From: Minisyncoccota bacterium | GTDB taxonomy: Bacteria > Patescibacteriota > Minisyncoccia > Minisyncoccales > CSSED10-335 | Reading direction: 5' to 3' | Assembly (NCBI GenBank): GCA_021129615.1 | Contig: JAJOKY010000023.1 | Span: forward strand, 1 to 24,779 | Length of the DNA: 24,779 nucleotides | Part shown: positions 8,515 to 16,696 of the stretch, in pieces | Layout of the letters: every line of letters begins with the position of its first letter | Numbering within the stretch: the stretch's first letter is position 1 | The notes under the pieces: model-generated | What the model was told of the DNA's origin: nothing | The model's input: the letters and a program-made list of their open reading frames with translations, nothing else | Databases searched by the model: none | Position numbers and translations under genes: made by a program

Positions 8515-10419
8515 TTATTTTAGAGGAAGAACTAACTTCTGTCCGACCTTTAATTTTTTAGCGGTTTCTTCAGTAAAAGCAATTCCTTCAGGAGTTTTTA
8601 ACTCTTTCCATCTTCTTCCTGCTCCTAACTCTCTCTGAGCAATATCCCATAAGGTTTCTCCTCTTTTTACTGTAACTATTTTAGGTTCTATTTTTGGTTC
8701 TTCTACCTTTGGCTCTTCCGCCTTTGGCTTTACTTTAACCTCTGGCTTAACTTCTACTGGCGGAACATCTACCTTGACATCTTTCTTAATATCTGGTTTA
8801 ATTTCTGGTTTAACTTCAGGTAATCTCAACCTTGCCCCAGTAAAAATTCTATCTGGGTGTTTAATTTGAGGATTTAATCTCATCAATTCTTCTACCGTAG
8901 TTCCGTATTGTTGAGCTAATCCGCTCAATGTAGCCCCTCTTGGAATAGTTATTTCTTCTTTTGGAACTACATCCTTTACTGGCGGAACATCTGCTGATGG
9001 TTTTATCTCTGCTTTAACTTCTGGCTCAACAAATTGTTCTTTAACAATTTCTTCTGGTCTTTTTTCAAGCATCTCTTCTGGTTCAATTTCAGTAACTACC
9101 GCAGGTGCTTGAACTTTAAGCCACTCTGTAATTTCAGCAGTTGTAGGGAAGCGACCTTCTCTTTCTTGGAAATTTTGCATCCAAGATTGAAGTTCCCCTG
9201 CTATTTCTGTTGTATGATGAACTCGTTTTTGAACCAATAAAGTATTTAATCTCTGAAAATCAGGAGATAAAGAAACATCAGCCCCGAATAGAGTTTCAAG
9301 ATTTTTATACTTCTGCATAGCTCTTTGATAATTGGCTTCAGTAGCTAAATCTGGTGTAGCTAAATATTCTTGAGCAATTATACTCTTTGAAGCAAGATTC
9401 AAGGCATTAATAACTGTATCTTGAACTGCTGAAGTTACAATTTGTGGGAAAATCTCCAACTCAGGATGAGTCCTTAATATCTGATTTTTAGCAACTAAAT
9501 TCTCTAAATAAGAATCAGGAAGTATTCCTAATTTATTCCACATAAGGGTTGCTTCTTTTTTATTTTCTGAAACATACTCGTTCACAAAATCACCTAAAAT
9601 ATAATTATTCAAAGTAGTTGCCCAAAATTCTCTTTCAGAATCATATCTCACACCACCAACATTAACTGGCAAATCAAGGTCACCCTTATCTTTAAACCCA
9701 GCAAATACTTCCAATTTCCACAAAGAAGGATTAGCCCTTTCTTCACTAACCGCATTCATTACCATCCAATTCATCTTATCTTCTATTGTAACTTCTAACC
9801 TTTCTTTTGTTAATGTCCTTAATTGTAATTCATAAGCAGTCCTTAAAACATCATCTCTTTGAATTTCAGGTTTACCCAATTGAGCATTCACTAAAGCAAT
9901 TGCATCATCCAAAGACTTAGCAGTCCTATCATCTTTCTTAAAACTTATCTGAGAATCTATAATCATCCTATCTTGCCTTGTTTTTTCTTCAGAAACCTTA
10001 AGAATTTCATCTTGAATCTCATCTCTAATTTCTCTATTCCATCCTTGTTCTAAAGTATTTTGTAAATATTCTAAATGGTCTGCTAATGTTTTTTTTCCAG
10101 TAACTAATTCTTGTAAAAAAGCATAATACTGGTCTCTAAACTCTCTTGCTTTAACCAACTTTCTCAAAGAAGAAATTGAAGTTTTTATCTCATCTATAAA
10201 ATCTAAATCAGGATAAGTTTTTTCTTGCTCTTCTTTTAATTGTCTTTTCCTATAATCTAATTGGTCTTTCCAAGATAAATCTTCATCAACTACTCTTCTT
10301 TGAAAAACAGCTTCTCCTGTTGCCTGAATCCTTTTTCGGGAAAGAGTAAAACTATTAAGTCGTGTCTTGACAATTTCAGATAAATCTATTGTAAATTCTT
10401 TAACTCTTTCTACTGACAT
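8515..10419 (-). CDS. Virion protein with two C-terminal LysM domains
   Basis: LysM1 ITIPRGATLSGLAQQYGTTVEELMRLNPQIKHPDRIFTGARLRLP and LysM2 VTVKRGETLWDIAQRELG...LKVGQKLVLP, flanked by Pro/Glu/Lys/Val linkers; helical N-terminal region. Confidence 0.8.
   Translation of the reverse strand: MSVERVKEFTIDLSEIVKTRLNSFTLSRKRIQATGEAVFQRRVVDEDLSWKDQLDYRKRQLKEEQEKTYPDLDFIDEIKTSISSLRKLVKAREFRDQYYAFLQELVTGKKTLADHLEYLQNTLEQGWNREIRDEIQDEILKVSEEKTRQDRMIIDSQISFKKDDRTAKSLDDAIALVNAQLGKPEIQRDDVLRTAYELQLRTLTKERLEVTIEDKMNWMVMNAVSEERANPSLWKLEVFAGFKDKGDLDLPVNVGGVRYDSEREFWATTLNNYILGDFVNEYVSENKKEATLMWNKLGILPDSYLENLVAKNQILRTHPELEIFPQIVTSAVQDTVINALNLASKSIIAQEYLATPDLATEANYQRAMQKYKNLETLFGADVSLSPDFQRLNTLLVQKRVHHTTEIAGELQSWMQNFQEREGRFPTTAEITEWLKVQAPAVVTEIEPEEMLEKRPEEIVKEQFVEPEVKAEIKPSADVPPVKDVVPKEEITIPRGATLSGLAQQYGTTVEELMRLNPQIKHPDRIFTGARLRLPEVKPEIKPDIKKDVKVDVPPVEVKPEVKVKPKAEEPKVEEPKIEPKIVTVKRGETLWDIAQRELGAGRRWKELKTPEGIAFTEETAKKLKVGQKLVLPLK
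8544..8551 (-). promoter_or_regulatory. AAAGGTCG motif inside the 3' end of the LysM gene
   Basis: Exact motif 31 nt upstream of ATG 8512. Confidence 0.55.
8756..8992. repeat. 15 bp direct repeats flanking LysM1
   Basis: ACTGGCGGAACATCT at 8756-8770 and 8978-8992, 222 bp apart (in frame). Confidence 0.85.
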
Positions 10420-10449
10420 AAATTTCTATTAATTTTTAATAAAAATATC

Positions 10450-12168
10450 TTAACGCCCCCTAAATCCTTTTTGGGCTATCGCCCCTTCTGGAGATTCGGG
10501 TGATTGTTGAGGAACTCCAGGAGCCGCCATTGGTAACTCTTCTCCTGCTTCGTGTCCTGCTCCACCCGCAGCTTCATCTAATATAGGTCCTCTTTCTGGA
10601 CCTTCCTCTCCCCGACCAGCTATTGCCTGAGCTATCATTTGCTGAATCTGCATTCTCATTTGAGGACTTCTTGAAATCTCTATCATTAAACTGGTATCTT
10701 CCCACTCCTTTTTCATAATCTTTTGTTCCTCTTTTGGAGAAGGAATACCAAGATTCTTCATTGTTGTATATTGCGACTGAAGTTTCATATTAAATTTGTT
10801 AATCTCTTCCATCACATCTCTAATCAAAACTGAAGGGAAGAAAATATCAGTTTTATAATACCCCTGTATTAAAAATTTAGCAGCAGGAACATAAACTTCT
10901 ACCAATCTTAAAATACTGGCATTCAACTTTTTCAAAGCAACTCTCCAATATTGCTGTTTATGTTTAACTTTATTATTCACCCCCTGCATTAAAACTGATA
11001 AAGCTCTACCAGTAGCCCTTGCTGTCATAGCTCCTCCATAAAAGATTTCAGAAATCATTGATAAATGATGAATATCATTTTTCCGACTGGCAGTATATGT
11101 ATCAAAAGGGGCAGTAGATTGTCCCATTGGGTCGGGCCACAACCTATCTTCTGCTCCTAATTTAATCATTTCCGCCTGACCTGCGTGATATTCTACTGGT
11201 TCTCCTTCACCTGAATAAAAAATGTGAGGCACTGCCACTTGATTAATTTTTCCTCTGGTAGCACAGACAGTTTCATTATATTCTACTTGCGGGTCAAGCA
11301 TATCTTCAATATCAGAAACCCCCCAGGGTCTTGTCGGATGAGACATATTTTTAACAAAAATACCAGGAATAAAATCCCAATTGTGTTTAGCAAAATCTAC
11401 TATCTTATTGTCAATCATTGCTAACATATACTTACTATCCCAATAAATCTGAATCGTGCACATTGGATAACCAGTTGGTTTTTTATACCCAATTGGCTGA
11501 GAGGAAACAAAGCTTACTATTCCCCTTTCCTTCATTTGCTCTTTATAAATTTCCTCTGCCTTTTTTACTGAAACTCGGTAATGAAAAATAAAGCCCTCCA
11601 TTTCTGTAAAATCTTCGTCAGACCAAAGAGGTCGCACATTTTCTACCCTTTTTACATTCTTAAATCTAATTCTTGGGATTTTTTTTCCTTCAACTTTAAC
11701 CCATTCAACATAAGGACCAAAAATAAAACAGTCCCCCAATAAACTTTGGTTCTGGACTGCCTCAGCAAAAACAACTGGATATTCATTATCCTCTTTAATT
11801 GCTCCTAAAAGTTTTTCCACTTCTTCTGACCGAGCTATTTCTATATCATCTGTATTATCTCTTGGCGGAATATCATCTTCAGGCGGCTCGCTAGCAAGAA
11901 AAGATGTATAATTCAAAACTGTTGTCCGACAATAATTATAAACCCTTTCTGGCGTGCCATCATCCTTAAAATAAGACCAATGGTCTCCTTCAAAAAATCT
12001 TCTTAGGTCATTATAGCCAGCAATTTTCTTACCTTTTCCTAAAGCATTACTAACACCACTCACTCTTTCTGCATAATCTTGATTGAGTTCACTATCACGA
12101 CCAATAACATAATTTCTAAGAGTTTCTTCGGTTATATCATCTTCAATAAGTGGATTGATTTCTGCCAT
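10450..12168 (-). CDS. Portal protein
   Basis: 572 aa directly after TerL; portal-like segments (FFEGDHW...VYNYCRTTV, WGVSDIEDMLDPQVEYN, ATGRALSV). Confidence 0.85.
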   Translation of the reverse strand: MAEINPLIEDDITEETLRNYVIGRDSELNQDYAERVSGVSNALGKGKKIAGYNDLRRFFEGDHWSYFKDDGTPERVYNYCRTTVLNYTSFLASEPPEDDIPPRDNTDDIEIARSEEVEKLLGAIKEDNEYPVVFAEAVQNQSLLGDCFIFGPYVEWVKVEGKKIPRIRFKNVKRVENVRPLWSDEDFTEMEGFIFHYRVSVKKAEEIYKEQMKERGIVSFVSSQPIGYKKPTGYPMCTIQIYWDSKYMLAMIDNKIVDFAKHNWDFIPGIFVKNMSHPTRPWGVSDIEDMLDPQVEYNETVCATRGKINQVAVPHIFYSGEGEPVEYHAGQAEMIKLGAEDRLWPDPMGQSTAPFDTYTASRKNDIHHLSMISEIFYGGAMTARATGRALSVLMQGVNNKVKHKQQYWRVALKKLNASILRLVEVYVPAAKFLIQGYYKTDIFFPSVLIRDVMEEINKFNMKLQSQYTTMKNLGIPSPKEEQKIMKKEWEDTSLMIEISRSPQMRMQIQQMIAQAIAGRGEEGPERGPILDEAAGGAGHEAGEELPMAAPGVPQQSPESPEGAIAQKGFRGR

Positions 12169-12192
12169 TTTTTTGTAAAAAGAAAAAATAAA

Positions 12193-13668
12193 TTATTTAT
12201 AAAAATTAGTTAGAGAAAACTTTTTAATTTTACTTGCCTTTAAATACTTTTCAACATACCAAGCTAACATTGCGAAAACCATCACCCAATCTTGTTTAAT
12301 TTTCCTATCTTCTAATTTATAAGAAGCTAACTGCTTTTCTAATTTTGGCAAGTAATAACTCTTTAATTTACCCATAGCAGATTCTTCACCAAAAGTCAAA
12401 CGTTTTCTAAGATTATTCCTTAATCGCAACTGCAGAAAAAACAAAGCATCTGATTTATTCCCCTGTCCAAAAATAATTGGAGAAAATTGTTTTAACATTT
12501 TTTTAAAAATCGTGCCCCCCATCTCTGTTACATCCATTACCATAGGAGCATCATTATAAGTCATCCGTTTAAAACTCGCCATAGCCATTAACTCAATCGG
12601 GTCTCCTCCCTGTTTAGAATAAGCATCTACCACTTCCACATTATTTAAATCCGTGACATCAGCTATAAAAATTACCGTCTCATCCCCTCCATCTGCTACA
12701 CCCCAATCAATTACTTCAACATATTTTCTATCAAGCTGACTATCAGTTGGTCCTTTTTTGTCATTCCATATCCCTTCTATAACATCAGGTGGAAACATTC
12801 TGTCAGACGAAGCTAAGAAAACACCTTTAATAACCTGAAGATACTTCATTGGCGATACTCTTTTTAATCTTTCAATAAATTCATATCTTTTACGTTCTGG
12901 AATAAAAATATTTTCTTGATAAAAACCCTCAACTAAATGCCACTCACCTTCTTTTTTCTCCTCCTGTGCTCGTTTAGCCGCAGTATAAAGATGATACCAA
13001 TACTGTTGAGATTTGCCCAATTCATCAGGAGTAGATACCAAAACAACCCAACCAGAATATTTAGCAGTTCTTGAAAAAATACGAGCACCAAGTTCTTCCT
13101 CAAGATGGTGTGATTGAACCGCCTCATCATAAGTAATAAGAGCAAATTGTTTCCCAGCCAAACCAGATGCCTTATCAGCTGCAGTAGACAAACACCAAAA
13201 AGAAGAATTATTTCTGAAATCTATCCTACCAAGAACTTCATTTTTTCCCTCCCAAAACCATTTAATTTTACAATCGTTAATATAACGCTTTCCTTCTATT
13301 TCCCAAGAAAATTGTGAACGCAAAATCTCTTCTACATAACGAAATGCTTCTGAAGACTGACGAGAAATCGGTGAAATGTTCAATGTTTCATATCTCGCTT
13401 TTTCTATTAACTCTGGTTTTCCATCTAACCCTTTTTTATAAAAATTAAACCAAATGTGAACTATCGCAATAGCAACAGTTTTCCCAACCTGATTAGCTGT
13501 TACCCATAAATTCTGTTTCGACCATTCAACAAAATCAACATTCTTTTTTCTACATTTACATAAAGATAATAATGCCCTTTTCTGAAAAGGATTAAGGGCA
13601 AGCCCTAAAATATTTTCAGCAAAAAAAATAGGGTCGCCTTCACCTAATAATAACAGAAGCTTGTCCAT
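12193..13668 (-). CDS. terL: Terminase large subunit (probable start ATG 13668)
   Basis: Walker A TANQVGKT, Walker B ITYDEA, coupling motif VSTP, nuclease IDWG...DETV and C-terminal DWVM. AAGGAG lies 6 nt before ATG 13668; the track start is 13713. Confidence 0.9.
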   Translation of the reverse strand: MDKLLLLLGEGDPIFFAENILGLALNPFQKRALLSLCKCRKKNVDFVEWSKQNLWVTANQVGKTVAIAIVHIWFNFYKKGLDGKPELIEKARYETLNISPISRQSSEAFRYVEEILRSQFSWEIEGKRYINDCKIKWFWEGKNEVLGRIDFRNNSSFWCLSTAADKASGLAGKQFALITYDEAVQSHHLEEELGARIFSRTAKYSGWVVLVSTPDELGKSQQYWYHLYTAAKRAQEEKKEGEWHLVEGFYQENIFIPERKRYEFIERLKRVSPMKYLQVIKGVFLASSDRMFPPDVIEGIWNDKKGPTDSQLDRKYVEVIDWGVADGGDETVIFIADVTDLNNVEVVDAYSKQGGDPIELMAMASFKRMTYNDAPMVMDVTEMGGTIFKKMLKQFSPIIFGQGNKSDALFFLQLRLRNNLRKRLTFGEESAMGKLKSYYLPKLEKQLASYKLEDRKIKQDWVMVFAMLAWYVEKYLKASKIKKFSLTNFYK

Positions 13669-14236
13669 CCTGTTCTCCTTCTCTAAGTTGTAAGATTCTA
13701 TCAAAACTGGCATTGACTTGTTTTCTTAATTCTTCAAATTTTTCTGGCGACATTTTTAAAAGTTGATTATATGGCAAAAGAGTTCTCACTGTCTCTAATT
13801 TTAATTTCCCTCTAGCTATTTCTGTTCTTTTAACCGCTTCTTCTGTGTTCCGAATAATTTGATAAAGTCGAGAAACCTCTTTAATGTCAACATTTTTATA
13901 CCTGCTCTTATGCTTCTCATAATCCTTTAAAATTCTATTAAGCATTAAAACTGTTCGCTTCCGATTTTGAATAAGCATCTTTTCAACTTTATCATCTGGT
14001 AACATATCTACCTCTTGTTTAATCAAAACACCTTTTTCTTCTTTTTTCCATCTTCTAATCCAGAACATAAAAAAAGCCCAATCTTTTCCACCACCAGCTC
14101 CTGTTTTTTTTCTAACATTAAAATACTTTGGCACAAGAAGTTCATCATAAATTTCTCTTGCCTTTTTAAATGCTCTATTCGCAAGCCAAATGTCTTTAAC
14201 TTCTTTTTCTTTTTTTTCAATATCTTTAACCGCCAT
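13640..14236 (-). CDS. Probable terminase small subunit
   Basis: 198 aa basic helical protein overlapping the TerL start. Assignment by synteny only. Confidence 0.55.
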   Translation of the reverse strand: MAVKDIEKKEKEVKDIWLANRAFKKAREIYDELLVPKYFNVRKKTGAGGGKDWAFFMFWIRRWKKEEKGVLIKQEVDMLPDDKVEKMLIQNRKRTVLMLNRILKDYEKHKSRYKNVDIKEVSRLYQIIRNTEEAVKRTEIARGKLKLETVRTLLPYNQLLKMSPEKFEELRKQVNASFDRILQLREGEQDGQASVIIR

Positions 14237-14245
14237 AACACTTTC

Positions 14246-14274
14246 TCTATAACAAATTATTTACAATTTGTCAA
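14246..14274 (-). promoter_or_regulatory. Sigma70-type leftward promoter for the terminase-portal operon
   Basis: TTGACA-17 nt-TATAGA with extended -10; ATG 14236 is 9 nt downstream of the -10. Confidence 0.75.
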
Positions 14275-14283
14275 TAGTTTATC

Positions 14284-14303
14284 TTGTCCACAACTTATTC
14301 ACA
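14284..14303 (+). promoter_or_regulatory. Two DnaA-box-like 9-mers between divergent promoters
   Basis: TTGTCCACA (14284-14292) and TTATTCACA (14295-14303), compared with consensus TTWTNCACA. Confidence 0.65.
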
Positions 14304-14313
14304 GAACTAAGAC

Positions 14314-14341
14314 TTGACAAACTTTTTGATTTGTCTATAAT
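14314..14341 (+). promoter_or_regulatory. Sigma70-type rightward promoter
   Basis: TTGACA-16 nt-TATAAT; no sizeable plus-strand ORF downstream. Confidence 0.7.
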
Positions 14342-14346
14342 AGAAA

Positions 14347-14493
14347 TCAGAGCTGACCTTTAGTTAGAGGTCAACAAGAATTTGTTGGTAAGGCTAAATG
14401 TCAGCTCTACCAACCCTATTATGACAACTTTAATTTTCTTTCAACAATTATTTTCACTGTTTTAAAACCAGGTTTTTTAGTTCCTGGTTTTTT
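14347..14493 (+). ncRNA. Candidate ~145 nt small RNA
   Basis: Follows a consensus promoter; AGAGCTGAC(14349)/GTCAGCTCT(14400) closes a rod-like hairpin; ends at a terminator-like hairpin. Confidence 0.5.
14464..14493 (+). terminator. Intrinsic terminator, possibly bidirectional
   Basis: AAAACCAGG-10 nt-CCTGGTTTTTT. Confidence 0.6.
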
Positions 14494-14561
14494 AATAAAA
14501 AAACCACCCTTAACGAGTGGTAAAAAACCTTTAACCATACCAAAGTTTTTATTTTAAATAT

Positions 14562-14590
14562 ATTATAGAACATTTAAGAAAACTTGTCAA
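14562..14590 (-). promoter_or_regulatory. Consensus leftward promoter
   Basis: TTGACA(14590-14585)-17 nt-TATAAT(14567-14562). Confidence 0.7.
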
Positions 14591-14593
14591 GGC

Positions 14594-14621
14594 TTGACAA
14601 AATAAATTATAAATATATTAT
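14594..14621 (+). promoter_or_regulatory. Rightward promoter back-to-back with the previous one
   Basis: TTGACA-16 nt-TATTAT; the two -35 elements form the inverted repeat TTGTCAAG-G-CTTGACAA. Confidence 0.5.
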
Positions 14622-14894
14622 AAATATTAACAAAGTAAAATAAGAGAAAAGAAGGGGGCTCTGTTTGGCGACTTTACATCCCCATAACCTCTAATAGTTA
14701 TTGGATGTGCTTTAGGGGGAGGGTTTGAATAAAAGTGGTAGTTATAGATATAACGCACCAAACCTATATCTCGGTTTATTAAAACCAAACTACTTATCCA
14801 ATCACCTATAAATGATAATATAATGGCGACCGACGGAAATAGACATTAAATTATTCTTTTCTCTTTTTTACCACATAAGGATTGTTATGAAAAC

Positions 14895-14919
14895 CTTTTA
14901 GGGAAGACCTCCCTAAAAG
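14895..14919. repeat. Perfect 10 bp inverted repeat
   Basis: CTTTTAGGGA-AGACC-TCCCTAAAAG. Confidence 0.8.
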
Positions 14920-15330
14920 TCGCCTTTGGCTCCCTCTGGAAATAGACAAAAAGAGACCCTAATTTAGGAGATAACATAATTAAGAAAGTTTGTCAAGTGT
15001 TATAGATTAATAAAGAGAAAAATAATAAAAAAAAATAGGAAAAAAAATAGAAAAGGGTAGAAATCTTAATTTTGGGGTTGGGGGGTGCATATAGAGTTTC
15101 ACAATTTCTAAAAAAAAACTACCCCTAAGTCAAATTGACAAAATGAAGAAGTTATGTTGAAATATTAAGTGTTTATATTAAAGGTTAATAAAAATATAAT
15201 TTTTAAAAAAGGAAATAAGGTTTAAGGTTTTGTTTGGTCCGTCCTAAAAATAAAATAATTTTTATAATCCATAAGATATAGTTTATTATATCTTTTTTTT
15301 TATTTAATAGGGGCAAAAAAGAATAAAAAG

Positions 15331-15350
15331 TTATTCACAGGCTGTCCACA
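15331..15350 (+). promoter_or_regulatory. Two DnaA-box-like 9-mers
   Basis: TTATTCACA (15331-15339) and CTGTCCACA (15342-15350), ending 10 nt before a -35. Confidence 0.6.
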
Positions 15351-15360
15351 GGTAGGGGGC

Positions 15361-15389
15361 TTGACAGGGTTTTTTGATGGGTGTATAAT
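15361..15389 (+). promoter_or_regulatory. Strong early promoter
   Basis: Perfect TTGACA-17 nt-TATAAT. Confidence 0.85.
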
Positions 15390-15399
15390 TAAAGCAGTT

Positions 15400-15407
15400 A
15401 AAGGTCG
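15400..15407 (+). promoter_or_regulatory. AAAGGTCG motif
   Basis: 38 nt upstream of ATG 15446. Confidence 0.6.
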
Positions 15408-15445
15408 GTTCATTAAAAAATTAAAAATTAAAAAGATAAAATAAA

Positions 15446-15643
15446 ATGACAAAAAAAGACTATATTTTATTTGCTGAAATGCTGAAACAAAACAGACAAG
15501 CAATTAAAGAAGCACAAAAAGAAGGACGAAAAATTACGCTTGAAGGATTGTCACTGGCTATTGAGCGAGATATAGCTGACATCTTCTTTAATGACAACCC
15601 CTGTTTTGATTATAGGAAGTTTAGAGAGTATATTGCTGATTAA
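15446..15643 (+). CDS. Early hypothetical protein (65 aa)
   Basis: First ORF after the early promoter; MTKKDYILFAEML. Confidence 0.8.
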   Translation: MTKKDYILFAEMLKQNRQAIKEAQKEGRKITLEGLSLAIERDIADIFFNDNPCFDYRKFREYIAD

Positions 15644-15646
15644 ATA

Positions 15647-15697
15647 ATAGCTCTTGATTTTACCCCTGAAATATCGGGGGTAAAGATGAGGAGCTAT
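15647..15697 (+). repeat. Inter-cassette hairpin H1
   Basis: ATAGCTC-TTGA-TTTTACCCC-TGAAATATCG-GGGGTAAAG-ATGAG-GAGCTAT. Confidence 0.85.
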
Positions 15698-15703
15698 AAA
15701 TTA

Positions 15704-15711
15704 AAAGGTCG
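15704..15711 (+). promoter_or_regulatory. AAAGGTCG motif
   Basis: 35 nt upstream of ATG 15747. Confidence 0.6.
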
Positions 15712-15746
15712 GGCTTCTTAATAAAAATTAAATAATAAACAATAAA

Positions 15747-16022
15747 ATGAAAAAAGGAATAATTAAAATAATCAAGCTTGGTTATTATCACCCCTCAAAT
15801 GCTAACTGGAATTACGGCATTCATTTAATAATTGATAAGACAGGAGCGAGGGCTTACAAGGAAACATTCGGAGGAGACAGCAGAATGATTGAAAAACTAA
15901 AAGGAAAAGGTATTGAGGTTGAAAGAATAACTGGAAATATCCCCTATGCTTGCTATAAGTGGCAGGATGTAAAAGATTTGCTTGATATTGAAAAATACGA
16001 AGGCAAAAATTGGGTTAGATAG
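15747..16022 (+). CDS. Early hypothetical protein (91 aa)
   Basis: Clean ORF with A-rich leader; its stop TAG lies inside hairpin H2. Confidence 0.8.
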   Translation: MKKGIIKIIKLGYYHPSNANWNYGIHLIIDKTGARAYKETFGGDSRMIEKLKGKGIEVERITGNIPYACYKWQDVKDLLDIEKYEGKNWVR

Positions 16023-16069
16023 CTTTTGACATAGTCCCTGAAACATCGGGGATTATGACGAGAAGCTAT
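16019..16069 (+). repeat. Inter-cassette hairpin H2
   Basis: ATAGCTT-TTGA-CATAGTCCC-TGAAACATCG-GGGATTATG-ACGAG-AAGCTAT. Confidence 0.85.
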
Positions 16070-16074
16070 AAAAT

Positions 16075-16082
16075 AAAGGTCG
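16075..16082 (+). promoter_or_regulatory. AAAGGTCG motif
   Basis: 38 nt upstream of ATG 16121. Confidence 0.6.
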
Positions 16083-16120
16083 GGGTTTCTCAATAAATAA
16101 TTAAAAGATAATAAAAAACT

Positions 16121-16696
16121 ATGAGCTATGAAATTGTTAAAGCTGTTAAAATAGAAAATGACAGAGTGATGATAAAGGGAGCGAGTAACAATGTATATCC
16201 TAAAAATTACGAATATTGGGAGTGTCATCCGCTAACAAAAACATTGCGAGAAAAAGGAAAAGAGCAAGCTGAAATTGATATTTTAAAAGCGTATGAAGAG
16301 GGCAATTTTCAAGCAGGGACAGAAAATAAATATACCAGAGCATTAAAGATTCTACGATATTTGTCAGAATATGAAAGGTTTGATTGGAGGAATAAATACA
16401 AAGGAGATGAAGACAATGACAAGATAATAGAGCAAAGGCGGGAAAGCAAGGAATTTGATGAGTTGTTGCTGAAGGTATTGAATACAAAACTACCAAAGCA
16501 AAAATTTGTCATCACAAAGAAAGTAGGAAATGATGAAGAAAAACAAGTTATCTATATGAAATATAGGAAAAATGCTGGTTATTGTAAATGGTATACTGAT
16601 ATAAAAAAGGCAAAAAAGTTTGATTTTTTAGAGGAAGCAGAGAGCATAAAAAAATACTTTACGAATAGCGAAAACTGGGAAATTATTAGAGTATAG
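16121..16696 (+). CDS. Early hypothetical protein (191 aa)
   Basis: Clean ORF; its stop TAG lies inside hairpin H3. Confidence 0.8.
   Translation: MSYEIVKAVKIENDRVMIKGASNNVYPKNYEYWECHPLTKTLREKGKEQAEIDILKAYEEGNFQAGTENKYTRALKILRYLSEYERFDWRNKYKGDEDNDKIIEQRRESKEFDELLLKVLNTKLPKQKFVITKKVGNDEEKQVIYMKYRKNAGYCKWYTDIKKAKKFDFLEEAESIKKYFTNSENWEIIRV

Noticed and set aside
783-13317. Plus-strand ORFs in the left arm (783, 1233, 1993, 2338, 2441, 4813, 6337, 7529, 9034, 11224, 13114) and 12933..13145
   Set aside because: Antisense or out-of-frame shadows of long, motif-supported virion genes; Phe/Ser/Leu-rich composition typical of reverse-strand artefacts.
14419-14538. 39 aa minus-strand ORF (MVKGFLPLVKGGFFIKKPGTKKPGFKTV...) downstream of the 14590 promoter, opposite the candidate sRNA; considered as a type I toxin-antitoxin pair
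   Set aside because: No SD or AAAGGTCG, it runs through the terminator hairpin, and the peptide lacks a transmembrane stretch. Not excluded, but unsupported.
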